A stretch of DNA of 64,000 nucleotides from Minisyncoccia bacterium (GCA_965656375.1 CBFHKH010000001.1:409319-473318), one strand, 5' to 3'; counted from the first letter of the stretch, positions 38,498-48,278 are shown. The notes: generated from the letters alone by a model not told the origin. Numbers and translations are program-made.

Positions 38498-38507
38498 CAT
38501 TTTACAT

Positions 38508-38945
38508 CTAGTTGATCTTTAGGGGTTGGACAGGAGTATCTCGTAATTGTATCTGTTCTGCACTCACACTACCATCTGCATTTACTTTACCCGTAATCAT
38601 GACATTCTTGCCGATAGCAATATCTTCAGATGTTCCTGCAATTGATTTCATGACTGGAGTAGTAGCTGTAAAGAGAATGATCTTTGATCCACCATCTTGA
38701 AGCTTTACTGTCATGCTCGTTGCATCTTTTGCTATAACTTCTCCCGATGTAAATCCACCATTTGCACCGCTGCGCATCATGGCACCATCTGGGCGGACAC
38801 CCATGCCGTTTTGTGATCGAAAATTACCAGAACGCATAGTATTCTTTCCTTTTGCTTGGGCGTACTTCATACCCCCATAAAAGAATGCCCCCGCAACCAC
38901 AATTATACTTATAGCGATAATTGAAACTAATTTATTTTTCTTCAT
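38508..38945 (-). CDS. Small exported beta-rich protein (hypothetical; paralogue-like to 42518-43024)
   Basis: N-terminal signal-anchor. ATG start at 38943-38945 is preferred over the upstream TTG extension. Confidence 0.5.
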   Translation of the reverse strand: MKKNKLVSIIAISIIVVAGAFFYGGMKYAQAKGKNTMRSGNFRSQNGMGVRPDGAMMRSGANGGFTSGEVIAKDATSMTVKLQDGGSKIILFTATTPVMKSIAGTSEDIAIGKNVMITGKVNADGSVSAEQIQLRDTPVQPLKIN

Positions 38946-38952
38946 ATATATC

Positions 38953-39046
38953 GAGCGAAACAAATTACTTTATGAAAAATAGTCTGGCCTCGCTCCTTTA
39001 GAAATTTAGTGCGAGGAGAACCGAGGACTTTTTTCAGAATATAATT
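38953..39046. repeat. About 90-bp intergenic repeat element, copy B
   Basis: About 90% identical to 25196-25285. Lies between the MacB-like permease stop and the start of the 38508-38945 gene. Confidence 0.7.
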
Positions 39047-39074
39047 TGTGAAGCTTATCAACTACTAATAATTC

Positions 39075-40295
39075 TTACTCATATCGCAATGCTTCGATAG
39101 GATTGAGCTTCGAAGCACGCGAAGCGGGATAATATCCAAATATAATGCCGATACCTGCTGACACGCCGAATGCAAGAAGAATTGATTTGAGCGATACCGA
39201 TGTCGCGATGATTCCAGTCTTTGCTACTAAAAATGCAATCCCCCACCCGAGAATGACTCCAATCACCCCTCCAATAAATGTAAGTGCAACCGCCTCTACC
39301 AGAAATTGCTTGCTGATGTCTCTCCGCTTTGCACCAATTGCTTTTCTGAGTCCGATCTCGCGAGTACGCTCAGTCACTGTGGTGAGCATCATGTTCATGA
39401 TTCCAATACCACCGACGAGGAGTGAAATCCCTGCAACTGCAGCCAGAAGCGTCGTAAATGTACTCGTCACAGAAGATGCAGTCGCAATAATGTCAGCTTG
39501 ATTAAGCGTGTTGAAGTCTGCTTGAGTTGGATCTTTTATGTTATGCGCATCAAGCAATGCGAGTGTAACATCAGATTGGACTTGCGTAGTAACCTCAGCA
39601 CTCTCGGCTTGAACAGAGATGCTCGTCACATATTGGTCACCTGAGAAATATCGCTGTGCAGTCGAGAGCGAAATATAAATGACATCATCAGGATTCTGGA
39701 AACCTGAACCCCCTTTTGTCTTTGTGATACCGATAATTTTAAATTGTGTACCTTTGATTCGAATTGTCTGTCCGACTGCACTCGCACCCTCTCCAAACAA
39801 GTCATCTCGAGCTGAAGGACCGAGTACTGCAACTTTTGCTCCACTTGTAACATTTTGATCAGTGATAAATACTCCTTCATCTACTTCTACATTGCGAACG
39901 CTCGGATAGCTTGTAGTTACTCCAGTTACAGATGTATTTGTATTTGTTCCTTTTGCAGTAACTTGATATCTACCTGTAACTTCAGGAGCAACAGCTTTTA
40001 CCCCAGAGATACTTGTAAGTACCTCCACGTCTTCGAGTGTAAGTGATTTTGCTGATCCTCTTCCTGAGCTCACTTGTACCCCCGCACCACGCCCTGCCCC
40101 CGGTGAGACAATAATCAGATTCGATCCAATAGACTGAATAGAGCTTTGGATAGATGCTTGCGCACCCTGACCAATAGCGGTCATAGCAATGACAGAAGCG
40201 ATACCGATGATGATGCCAAGCATCGTAAGCCCTGATCGAACTTTGTTTGATGAGAGTGCAGAATATGTTTCTTGGAATATATCTTTTGTAGTCAT
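39075..40295 (-). CDS. ABC transporter permease, MacB/FtsX family with large extracytoplasmic domain
   Basis: FtsX/MacB topology (TM1, then about 220-aa periplasmic domain, then 3 TM). Start chosen at MTTKDIF. Confidence 0.85.
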   Translation of the reverse strand: MTTKDIFQETYSALSSNKVRSGLTMLGIIIGIASVIAMTAIGQGAQASIQSSIQSIGSNLIIVSPGAGRGAGVQVSSGRGSAKSLTLEDVEVLTSISGVKAVAPEVTGRYQVTAKGTNTNTSVTGVTTSYPSVRNVEVDEGVFITDQNVTSGAKVAVLGPSARDDLFGEGASAVGQTIRIKGTQFKIIGITKTKGGSGFQNPDDVIYISLSTAQRYFSGDQYVTSISVQAESAEVTTQVQSDVTLALLDAHNIKDPTQADFNTLNQADIIATASSVTSTFTTLLAAVAGISLLVGGIGIMNMMLTTVTERTREIGLRKAIGAKRRDISKQFLVEAVALTFIGGVIGVILGWGIAFLVAKTGIIATSVSLKSILLAFGVSAGIGIIFGYYPASRASKLNPIEALRYE

Positions 40296-40296
40296 A

Positions 40297-40986
40297 CTAT
40301 TTTGCATCAGTCTTACGATCACTTAAAAGTAATCCATCTTTTATATGAATAATACGATCAGCATGCTCTGCCACATCAGGTTCGTGAGTAATGAGTATAA
40401 TTGTACGACCGAGTTCACGATTAAGCTTCTGAAATGTCGCAAGGACGATCTCTCCCGTTTTTGAATCAAGATTCCCTGTCGGTTCATCAGCAAGTATAAG
40501 CGTCGGATCATTAACGAGCGCTCGTGCAATAGCGACACGCTGAATCTGACCGCCAGAGAGCTGGTTTGAAAGATGATGAAAGTGAGCTTCATCAAACCCT
40601 GCAGAAATAAGTGCGCTTTTTGCACGCTCAATTCTTTGCCCTTCTGCTACCCCCTCATATACAAGCGGTAGTGATACGTTGCGGAGTACGCTTGCACGAG
40701 GAAGCAGATTGAATGCTTGAAATACGAAACCAATTTTATCCCTCCTAATATCGGCAAGCTCATCATCAGAGAGAAGTGATACGTCTTTGCCGTCGAGAAA
40801 GTATTCACCTTCGGTCGGGTTATCAAGCGCTCCCAAGATATGCATAAGCGTCGACTTTCCTGAACCAGATGGACCCATGATAGCTACAAACTCTCCGTCT
40901 TTGATTGTGAAGCTCACACCTTTGAGCGCTTGAAATTTATTCTCTCCTGAGTTATATGTCTTTGTTATATTTTTTATTTCTATCAT
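40297..40986 (-). CDS. ABC transporter ATP-binding protein (MacB/LolD-like)
   Basis: Walker A GPSGSGKST, signature LSGGQ, Walker B ILADEPTGNLD. Confidence 0.9.
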   Translation of the reverse strand: MIEIKNITKTYNSGENKFQALKGVSFTIKDGEFVAIMGPSGSGKSTLMHILGALDNPTEGEYFLDGKDVSLLSDDELADIRRDKIGFVFQAFNLLPRASVLRNVSLPLVYEGVAEGQRIERAKSALISAGFDEAHFHHLSNQLSGGQIQRVAIARALVNDPTLILADEPTGNLDSKTGEIVLATFQKLNRELGRTIILITHEPDVAEHADRIIHIKDGLLLSDRKTDAK

Positions 40987-42512
40987 CGTGTTATTGCTCT
41001 TGTCGCACCTCGTGCACCCGCATTACCAAAGAGGCTCGGTGTACTTACAGTCGAAGGCTTTGTCGTGTTCGATGTGATAGTACGAGAGACGACCTGGTCA
41101 CCTTCCTTTAGTCCCGTTGTAACTTCTGTAGATGTATCATCTGATACACCAACTTCGACAGCGACTTGTTCTGGTAACACTTCTGAGAGTGAACCTTGAG
41201 CACTTGCTGCTGTACCTACAGGAAGCGCAGGATTGAAAATTTCTACATAACTTCCGCGTGTATCAGTCTTGATGGCAGATGCTGGAATGACGAGCACTCC
41301 CTGTTTCATAGCAGTAATTACAGAAGCAGAGACGCTCATACCTGGCTTTATGCGAGCATCATCAGTATCAAAGCTAATTTTTACCGTATACGATACTACT
41401 CCTTGAGTAACAGTTCCTACTCCGTCGATCTCTACAACTTCGCCAGTAATCGTCAGATTTTCTACTGCATCAAACGTAAGCGTCGCTTTCTGTCCGAGGC
41501 TAACCTTTGATACATCGACTTCATTAAGAGTGATAGAAGCAACTTTTTGTTTCGTAATAATAGTGCCGAGTGTATCTGATGCAGTATTGCCAACGATAGC
41601 AGTTACACTTGCGATAGTGCCATCAAATGGCGCAGATACATAGTAATCAGAAAGAGTTCTCTGTGCATCTATCAAGGCATTCTGTTTTTGAACGAGAGCG
41701 AGTTCACGCGATTTTACTGTTTCTTCAGCATTTTCTATATCTTGTGGAATAGAAAGCTTACCTTCTTCATATGCTCGCAATTTTGCTGCATAGGTAGTTG
41801 ACGCGAGAGATGGTAAATCGATATACCACTCTTCCCCTGTCTTTGGAAGTGAAGTGAATGTAACATAGAGCCCTCGATCACCAAGCTTTTGTGGAACATT
41901 TGTTTTAATTGCAAATGATCCCGATTCGAGTCCACGGTAGGTTATACACTGACCACCTGAACACTCATATACTTCGAGGGTATATCTCCCTTGAACTGTA
42001 GAAGTATATGTTCCCGATACATTCACTATATTAGTATTTACATTATCACTCTCTGGCATAGCAACCACCGATGAGTTTAAATCAAGCAAGAGATTCTTAA
42101 GAGCAGTATCCTTGGAAACTTTTGTATTTTCATAATCTTTTTTTGCACTCGCAAGATCACTTTCTGCGATTTGTAGACTTAATTTTGCGTCACGCACACC
42201 TTTAAGAGCATCCGAGCCATCGATTACGAATAGAGTTTGACCTTTTCTGACATATGAACCTGCTGTCACATTTACTTGTGTGATAGTCCCTGATGATTTT
42301 GCTTTAAGTTCTATTGTGCTTGTTGCTTCTACTTGACCGGTTCCAGTGATAGAGGAAATAATATCTCCTTTCTCTACAATTGCTGTCACATAGCGGACTT
42401 CTGCAGTCGCATTACTTTTAAACATGAAGTAAGAACTAATAATAAGAATGAGTGCAATAGCTCCGCTTATAATTTTATGACCTACAATGAATGTTTTTAT
42501 TTTCTGTATCAT
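40983..42512 (-). CDS. Membrane-fusion/periplasmic adaptor protein (HlyD/MacA-like)
   Basis: N-terminal TM, long coiled-coil, beta-barrel and lipoyl-like segments; overlaps the ATPase gene by 4 nt. Confidence 0.75.
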   Translation of the reverse strand: MIQKIKTFIVGHKIISGAIALILIISSYFMFKSNATAEVRYVTAIVEKGDIISSITGTGQVEATSTIELKAKSSGTITQVNVTAGSYVRKGQTLFVIDGSDALKGVRDAKLSLQIAESDLASAKKDYENTKVSKDTALKNLLLDLNSSVVAMPESDNVNTNIVNVSGTYTSTVQGRYTLEVYECSGGQCITYRGLESGSFAIKTNVPQKLGDRGLYVTFTSLPKTGEEWYIDLPSLASTTYAAKLRAYEEGKLSIPQDIENAEETVKSRELALVQKQNALIDAQRTLSDYYVSAPFDGTIASVTAIVGNTASDTLGTIITKQKVASITLNEVDVSKVSLGQKATLTFDAVENLTITGEVVEIDGVGTVTQGVVSYTVKISFDTDDARIKPGMSVSASVITAMKQGVLVIPASAIKTDTRGSYVEIFNPALPVGTAASAQGSLSEVLPEQVAVEVGVSDDTSTEVTTGLKEGDQVVSRTITSNTTKPSTVSTPSLFGNAGARGATRAITR

Positions 42513-42517
42513 ATAGT

Positions 42518-43024
42518 TTAACGATTATCACTATTCTTTTCTCGCATCATCTCAGGAGATGGTGCAGGAAGTATACGAATTAATTTTGCTTCAATCTGAC
42601 CTTCCGTATTTGGTGAGCCGATAACGACGACATATGAATCTACGTTGATATCATCTTTAGTTCCATCTTCACGCATTTTGCGGAATTGCGTATCATCCGT
42701 AATGAGAATAACCTTTTCGGTATTATCTTTGTCTGCGACGATCATTGTTGGAAATTCAACTTTGATCACCTTTCCGATAGATCCGTGTGCATTCGGGAAA
42801 TTCTCAGGGGACCCTTTCATCATCATCTTGCCTCCACGACGTGGGCCAAAATTCTTTGAGAAATTGCCATCCATATCATGTCGATATGATGCCTTATGAA
42901 AACCGACAAACATCCCTGCTTGGAATATGAGTGATGCTATGAACAAAGCTCCAAACCCATACATGATCTTCTTAAAAATCTTTGGTTCTGATAATTTATT
43001 AACGTATGTTTTTATTTTTTCCAT
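42518..43024 (-). CDS. Small exported beta-rich protein (hypothetical)
   Basis: Signal-anchor followed by a beta-rich domain; lies between the anti-sigma gene and the MFP gene. Confidence 0.5.
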   Translation of the reverse strand: MEKIKTYVNKLSEPKIFKKIMYGFGALFIASLIFQAGMFVGFHKASYRHDMDGNFSKNFGPRRGGKMMMKGSPENFPNAHGSIGKVIKVEFPTMIVADKDNTEKVILITDDTQFRKMREDGTKDDINVDSYVVVIGSPNTEGQIEAKLIRILPAPSPEMMREKNSDNR

Positions 43025-43034
43025 AATGATACTG

Positions 43035-43433
43035 TTATGCTATTGATAATTGATTTCTATTTCTCAATACGAGACGTCTCATCGAGAACGCGAGTACAAA
43101 GAGTAAGAGTAAGGATACTGTAATGCTCGTAAGTGGGAGTGATTCAGCAATAGAGAGTATAAATTCCTTCCAATACGCGGTAAACGCTCCGCTTTCTCTG
43201 GCGAGTGACATATATTCATAGAATCCAGATTGGGACAATCCAGTTAGAACATCTCGCACTACAAATACAAACCCTGACAAAGAGAGCACGAGAACTCCGA
43301 TATATTTAAAATATGAGATCTTCTTTCTCTTTTCTTCTTTGAGACTGATTGTTCGCCAGATATCGGCAGAGAGCTTCATCTCCCCATGATACGAGGCATT
43401 TTTGAATAGTTCTTGTAAACGTTTTCCATCCAT
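43035..43433 (-). CDS. Putative membrane anti-sigma factor
   Basis: Small two-TM protein immediately downstream of the ECF sigma gene. Confidence 0.45.
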   Translation of the reverse strand: MDGKRLQELFKNASYHGEMKLSADIWRTISLKEEKRKKISYFKYIGVLVLSLSGFVFVVRDVLTGLSQSGFYEYMSLARESGAFTAYWKEFILSIAESLPLTSITVSLLLLFVLAFSMRRLVLRNRNQLSIA

Positions 43434-43469
43434 ATTGGTATATACGATATAACATATACAAGTGGTGCA

Positions 43470-44021
43470 CTAGACATCAAGCAATCCACGTAGTCTTTTG
43501 ATAGCTCGGAAATGATAATTTTTAACGGTATTGAGAGGCTTACCAAGCACTTTCCCTATTTCCTTAAATGTCATATCTTCTTGGTAGTAGAGCATGAGGA
43601 CTGTTTGATAGTCGGTAGGTAATTGCGAGAGAAGCTCATTGAGCAATTTCGTATCTTCGAGTTTTACAATGGCAACATCGGGGAGGATAGTTTCGTCTTG
43701 TATACTCTCTGAAAAAGAATCTTCTTCCGTATCAAGATCAGAAAATACAGTCGACTTTTTCTTACGTAAAAAGTCAGTTGTCGTATTGCGTGCAATGGTA
43801 AAAAGCCACGTCTTGAATTGAGCACGTTTTACTTTGAACTTTTTTATATTTCTCCAGACCTTTATAAATACATCCTGAGTAACGTCAGGCGCATTAGTCG
43901 CACCTACAAAACGGATTACAAAATTGTATATCTCGGGCGTATATCTCTCAATCAGTATTTTCAGAGCTTCCTGATTTCCAGCAATATATTCTCTGATTAA
44001 TTCTTCATCCGTCTCTCGCAT
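43470..44021 (-). CDS. ECF-family RNA polymerase sigma factor
   Basis: Sigma-70 region 2 (DVTQDVFIKVW) and region 4 (MTFKEIGKVLGKPLNTVK). Confidence 0.85.
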   Translation of the reverse strand: MRETDEELIREYIAGNQEALKILIERYTPEIYNFVIRFVGATNAPDVTQDVFIKVWRNIKKFKVKRAQFKTWLFTIARNTTTDFLRKKKSTVFSDLDTEEDSFSESIQDETILPDVAIVKLEDTKLLNELLSQLPTDYQTVLMLYYQEDMTFKEIGKVLGKPLNTVKNYHFRAIKRLRGLLDV

Positions 44022-44065
44022 TACTCCACTATACTAGAAAATTAAAATTTCAAAGAATAGTAAAA

Positions 44066-44094
44066 AACCTTCCTATTATTAGGAAGGTTTTTTA
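44066..44094. terminator. Bidirectional terminator
   Basis: aaaaccttccta-tta-ttaggaaggtttttt hairpin. Confidence 0.65.
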
Positions 44095-45594
44095 CTTCTC
44101 GAGATCGAGGATGTCATCGATTCGAATCTGTGAGACGAATTCAGGAACGTGAGAGACGAGAATCATCGCACCTTCGTATGAATCGAGAGCCTTAGCAATG
44201 ACTGGTAGATGGCGAAAGTTGATATGATTTGTCGGCTCATCTAGAATAAGTAGTCCTGGTCGAAGCAGAACAAGACTTGCAAATGCAACCAGACCTTTCT
44301 GTCCTTCAGAAAGACTACCAATACGAGTATGCACCATATCCCCTGCGATCAAAAACGATGCAGCAACAGCACGAATATTCTGCTCATCGACACGACCAGT
44401 CACCATACGACTGATTTCAGAAAGCGATTCAAGAACAGTGTGTTCGAAATTAAGGGTTGAGAAATCCTGACGATAGTATCCTACACGTGTACCATTTTGT
44501 ATTACTGCACCTGCCTGCGCAGGCAGGCCATCAGCTTTACCGCTTGCAAGTGATTCAAGAAGTGTACTCTTGCCGATGCCATTCGGACCAGAGAGTAATA
44601 AATGTTTATTCTTGCGAAGTGAAAGGCTTACTTTCTTTTTCGATGGTTTTCCTTTTTTAAGTATTGATACAGATGAGAGGGTGAGGATATCGCCGATAAG
44701 GTCGCCCTGGAATGGAATAGTGAACGGTCGGATCGTCTTGTCTTCTTTTCGCACATCGACTTTCTCTTCTTCGAGTTCTTCTGCAAGATCTCGCATGCGC
44801 TTGGCAACTGCACGAAGATTTCCCCCCTTCATCGCAAAGGCATTGGCCTGATCTTTCTTTGCTTGGATTTCTTTCGAAAGAAGTGCGTTCTTCCTATTTT
44901 CTCGTTCCATCCGAGCAGTGATCTGATCACGTACATCTGTATAGTTACCGACATATTGCTCGATTTTGCGAGTATAGACATCGAGGTACAGCACCGCATC
45001 AGTGAATGCATTCAAGAAGTGCGCATCGTGGGAAATCACGATCACTGTCTTTTTGTATTTGATAAGAAAGTCTGTAAGATGCGCAATCCCTGCTTTGTCC
45101 AAATTGTTTGTTGGCTCATCGAGAAGGAGGATATCAGGTTCTTGGATTAGAGCGCTTGCAAGAAGCAAGCGTGCCTGCTGTCCGCCAGAGAAAGATTTCA
45201 CGATGCGATCATGGACCTTTTCATGACCTTTCAAATTCACCACCTCAAGCGCATCATCAATCCGAGGATCAATATCGTATACCTTCTCCTTGAAACACTT
45301 TTCAAAAAATTCTCGGACTGTAAGGTCGAGTTCATCGCGAGGAATAACCTGGCGAGAAAGCGCAATTGTCGTGCGCTGAGCCAGATTGATCTTGCCATTT
45401 TCAGGCACATGAGCACCAGTAATAAGGCCAAAGAGCGTACTTTTGCCTGCACCATTCTGTCCCATGATAGTAACCTTCATCCCGCGGCGAATAGAAAAAT
45501 CAACCGTGTCCAAGATCGGTTTGTTGTGCCCATATTCAAATGAGACTTTCTCGAATCGTATTACGACTTCGCCATGTAAAGGTTTTTCTGCCAT
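44092..45594 (-). CDS. ABC-F family ATPase (two ABC domains, no TMD)
   Basis: Two Walker A motifs (GQNGAGKST, GPNGIGKST), two signature motifs and two Walker B motifs. Confidence 0.85.
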   Translation of the reverse strand: MAEKPLHGEVVIRFEKVSFEYGHNKPILDTVDFSIRRGMKVTIMGQNGAGKSTLFGLITGAHVPENGKINLAQRTTIALSRQVIPRDELDLTVREFFEKCFKEKVYDIDPRIDDALEVVNLKGHEKVHDRIVKSFSGGQQARLLLASALIQEPDILLLDEPTNNLDKAGIAHLTDFLIKYKKTVIVISHDAHFLNAFTDAVLYLDVYTRKIEQYVGNYTDVRDQITARMERENRKNALLSKEIQAKKDQANAFAMKGGNLRAVAKRMRDLAEELEEEKVDVRKEDKTIRPFTIPFQGDLIGDILTLSSVSILKKGKPSKKKVSLSLRKNKHLLLSGPNGIGKSTLLESLASGKADGLPAQAGAVIQNGTRVGYYRQDFSTLNFEHTVLESLSEISRMVTGRVDEQNIRAVAASFLIAGDMVHTRIGSLSEGQKGLVAFASLVLLRPGLLILDEPTNHINFRHLPVIAKALDSYEGAMILVSHVPEFVSQIRIDDILDLEK

Positions 45595-45629
45595 AGATTC
45601 CCTATACTACCGTATTTAGAGAGAATCTG

Positions 45630-46028
45630 CTAGTAATTTTGGGATAAAATGGTGTTTATCTCTTCTATATCGCGCGCGATCTGAAGCGCAAGTGCGTGGG
45701 CATCTTCAAATTTTCTCACTTCGCGTATACGTTTGATCATATCAATTTGAATTACTGTTTGATCCGTAGAAGGTACAGTCTCATCAGTCATATCAATCAA
45801 GTGCACTTCCATCGTCTTCTCTGGCAAATCAAATGTCGGAATGGAACCGTAGTGAAGCGCACCATTGTATGTTTTACCATCTATCGTAACAAGTACTGCA
45901 TAGATACCCTCCTCTAGTGCGAGATCCTCTGGGACAACTAGATTTATCGTGGGGAATCCAACACTATGTCCGCGACCGTTACCTTTAATTTGTTTGGATT
46001 GGAAGAGCATGGTGTTGTAAGCGAGCAA
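45630..46028 (-). CDS. Riboflavin kinase (monofunctional flavokinase)
   Basis: GNGRGHSVGFPTINL and E.H.ID motifs of the RibF C-terminal kinase domain; no FAD-synthetase domain. Confidence 0.7.
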   Translation of the reverse strand: MLAYNTMLFQSKQIKGNGRGHSVGFPTINLVVPEDLALEEGIYAVLVTIDGKTYNGALHYGSIPTFDLPEKTMEVHLIDMTDETVPSTDQTVIQIDMIKRIREVRKFEDAHALALQIARDIEEINTILSQNY

Positions 46029-46914
46029 TTTTGTACATTGCTAATACTAATACAAGTGCAGCCATAAACTGAGAGACTGAGAGCGTCGTATGATAGAGTG
46101 TCATATCAATAAATATCGCGATGAATGGAAATGTGAGTTCAAGAATTGTAGAAATATGCACTGGTGTGCGAGAAAGTCCACGATAATAGATCATGAGCGC
46201 GACCATTCCTGTCGAGATAGCAATCAAAGCAAACAAGCTAAACTGAGGCACAGTCACCGATGAGAGTGAAGTTCCATATCCAAAGAGAATGACTACAACA
46301 AGCGCAATGAGAGTAGTGAATAGGAATCGATAGAATGTGCTCGTCTTATGCGAGATTTTGGTAAGGACCATTTTCGAAAATGTAGTCGATGTCCCCCACG
46401 CAAAGGCTGCACCAAATGCATAAATCGCTGCAATGACACTTTCCTCACCTGTTTTTAGATTTACATATCCATTTGGAAATGTCACAAAAAATGCAGCGAT
46501 AAGGGCAAGTACCGCCCACTTGATATATCGCTTGTCGAATTTTTCCTTGAGAAAGATTGATGCAGAACCTATTGCAAATATCGGCTGCAACTTCTGAAGC
46601 AGGAATACCACAGAAAACGATATGAAATGTACTTTGAGAAGTGCTGTGGTGAACCAGAGTGTTCCCAAGAGACCGCTTAACAGTGCAACAAGAAGCAGTA
46701 ACCATATCTCTCTCTTCCCTATTTTCTCTGTTCTGATGTTCTTGTAAATAAATGGAGCAAGGATGATAAGACCAATCAAATGCTCAAAGAATATAATAGT
46801 GATCGGAGGTAACGTATACAAATATCTACGTATTACTCCATCAAATGCCCATAAAAATGCTGCGATTATGATCAGGACTGGACCGTTCACGCCTCTATTC
46901 TTAAATAGTTTCAT
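45985..46914 (-). CDS. EamA/DMT-superfamily transporter
   Basis: 10 predicted TM helices in two EamA repeats. Confidence 0.8.
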   Translation of the reverse strand: MKLFKNRGVNGPVLIIIAAFLWAFDGVIRRYLYTLPPITIIFFEHLIGLIILAPFIYKNIRTEKIGKREIWLLLLVALLSGLLGTLWFTTALLKVHFISFSVVFLLQKLQPIFAIGSASIFLKEKFDKRYIKWAVLALIAAFFVTFPNGYVNLKTGEESVIAAIYAFGAAFAWGTSTTFSKMVLTKISHKTSTFYRFLFTTLIALVVVILFGYGTSLSSVTVPQFSLFALIAISTGMVALMIYYRGLSRTPVHISTILELTFPFIAIFIDMTLYHTTLSVSQFMAALVLVLAMYKIARLQHHALPIQTN

Positions 46915-46975
46915 TGGTCCAGTATATCATACTCCACCCTTACAATATCGACTATATTTGATATACTAGACATAT

Positions 46976-48241
46976 ATGAACAGGGAGGGGCATCGTAATA
47001 CTACAAATGAATCGCCACTAGTTGGACCGAAAATACCCGAAACAGGTGTCGCTTTTCGAGGAGAAGATGCGAACGAGCGATCCGCTCCCGATACTAAACT
47101 GCGCTCAATTAATACGGCATCGGATGCGCACGAACAAGCAATACAAAATGCAAAGGAAGGAGTCATCGCAAAGTACCCTCCAGACCCGATACCAAACGAG
47201 AGAAACATTCCCGTAGCTACAGGCCCGAGAAATACATTTACGTACACACACAAAGAGAAGGATGCTTCAAAAATAAAATCCTTTTTAAAAAATGCGCAGA
47301 GAAAACTATTTATGAGTCTCGGGTTGCTTACACTCGGAACGAGCGCAATAAAAGCGGAAAGTGGAAACAGCGCAGAGAAAACATTTTCTGACCCGTTAGA
47401 GAAAAAGACAGAGAAGAAAGTAGGAGTCGGTAAGGACAATAGAATCGAACGAGATTCTTTGATAAAGGAATACGGAGAAGTCATGGCTGGAAGATGGGAT
47501 GATTTCAAGATACTTAACAAGAAAACTCCTGAAGGGAAAACGTACAGACAAATATTCAATGAACTTGGTGAAGAATACGGCATCGCACCAGAGATCCTAT
47601 TCGCATCAGCAGCAGAAGAAGGACTTCGAAACTATCTTATAAATCCATATGATACACAAGATAAGGTATATAAAGTAAGCGGGTTTGAAAATTTTGGCTT
47701 GGATCACTTTGCTGAAGCGTTTCCGATCCTTCTTAAAAAGAAATTATTAGATGCTGATTTTTCTTTTAAAGAATCAATCCATACAAATGAAAAAGGTATC
47801 TCAGTAAAATCAGCAGATTTCAAAACTCCAGAAGATGCTATTCGAGCTAAAGTCGCTCTCTTGCGATTAAATAGTGACAAGATTGTAGAGTTTGCAGATA
47901 AAAACGGAATAGGATTGTCGGATACTGCTCTCGATTTCTTTATGCTTATCGCCTACAATGCAGGATTTACGAATGCGACTAAAATGCTCACTGATTATCA
48001 CGGTATCGGTGCACTTGATGATGATGCATTTTTAAAAGCAAGACCAACAAAAGGAAGCGGCACTATACTCTTGAAAGAAAATTCATGGGAGCAACCATAT
48101 ACAAATGTTATTCGAAGAATAAAACCAGCTGAAGCATGGAAAAATAAAGGCGTTATGGAAGAATCAAGTACCGTAAAGAAACTAGGTCAAAGTCAGACAA
48201 ATTCTCCGAATACCGCAAAGGTCACAATGGCATCAAAGTAA
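46976..48241 (+). CDS. Hypothetical membrane-anchored protein, possible lytic-transglycosylase-like C-terminal domain
   Basis: Long open frame with a hydrophilic N-terminus, a signal-anchor MSLGLLTLGTSAIKA (alternative start 47312) and an IAYNAGF motif reminiscent of SLT AYNAG. Confidence 0.5.
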   Translation: MNREGHRNTTNESPLVGPKIPETGVAFRGEDANERSAPDTKLRSINTASDAHEQAIQNAKEGVIAKYPPDPIPNERNIPVATGPRNTFTYTHKEKDASKIKSFLKNAQRKLFMSLGLLTLGTSAIKAESGNSAEKTFSDPLEKKTEKKVGVGKDNRIERDSLIKEYGEVMAGRWDDFKILNKKTPEGKTYRQIFNELGEEYGIAPEILFASAAEEGLRNYLINPYDTQDKVYKVSGFENFGLDHFAEAFPILLKKKLLDADFSFKESIHTNEKGISVKSADFKTPEDAIRAKVALLRLNSDKIVEFADKNGIGLSDTALDFFMLIAYNAGFTNATKMLTDYHGIGALDDDAFLKARPTKGSGTILLKENSWEQPYTNVIRRIKPAEAWKNKGVMEESSTVKKLGQSQTNSPNTAKVTMASK

Positions 48242-48246
48242 GATAA

Positions 48247-48277
48247 AACACCTCTCAAGCGCGAGGTGTTTTATCTT
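48247..48277. terminator. Bidirectional terminator
   Basis: aacacctc-tcaagcgc-gaggtgtt hairpin. Confidence 0.55.
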
Positions 48278-48278
48278 A

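Noticed and set aside
46966-47583. 205-aa minus-strand ORF overlapping the start of the 46976-48241 gene
   Set aside because: The Ser/Phe/Leu-rich low-complexity translation is typical of an antisense frame, and it is fully embedded in a locally higher-GC stretch where both strands stay open. The plus-strand frame continues into a credible signal-anchor and domain.
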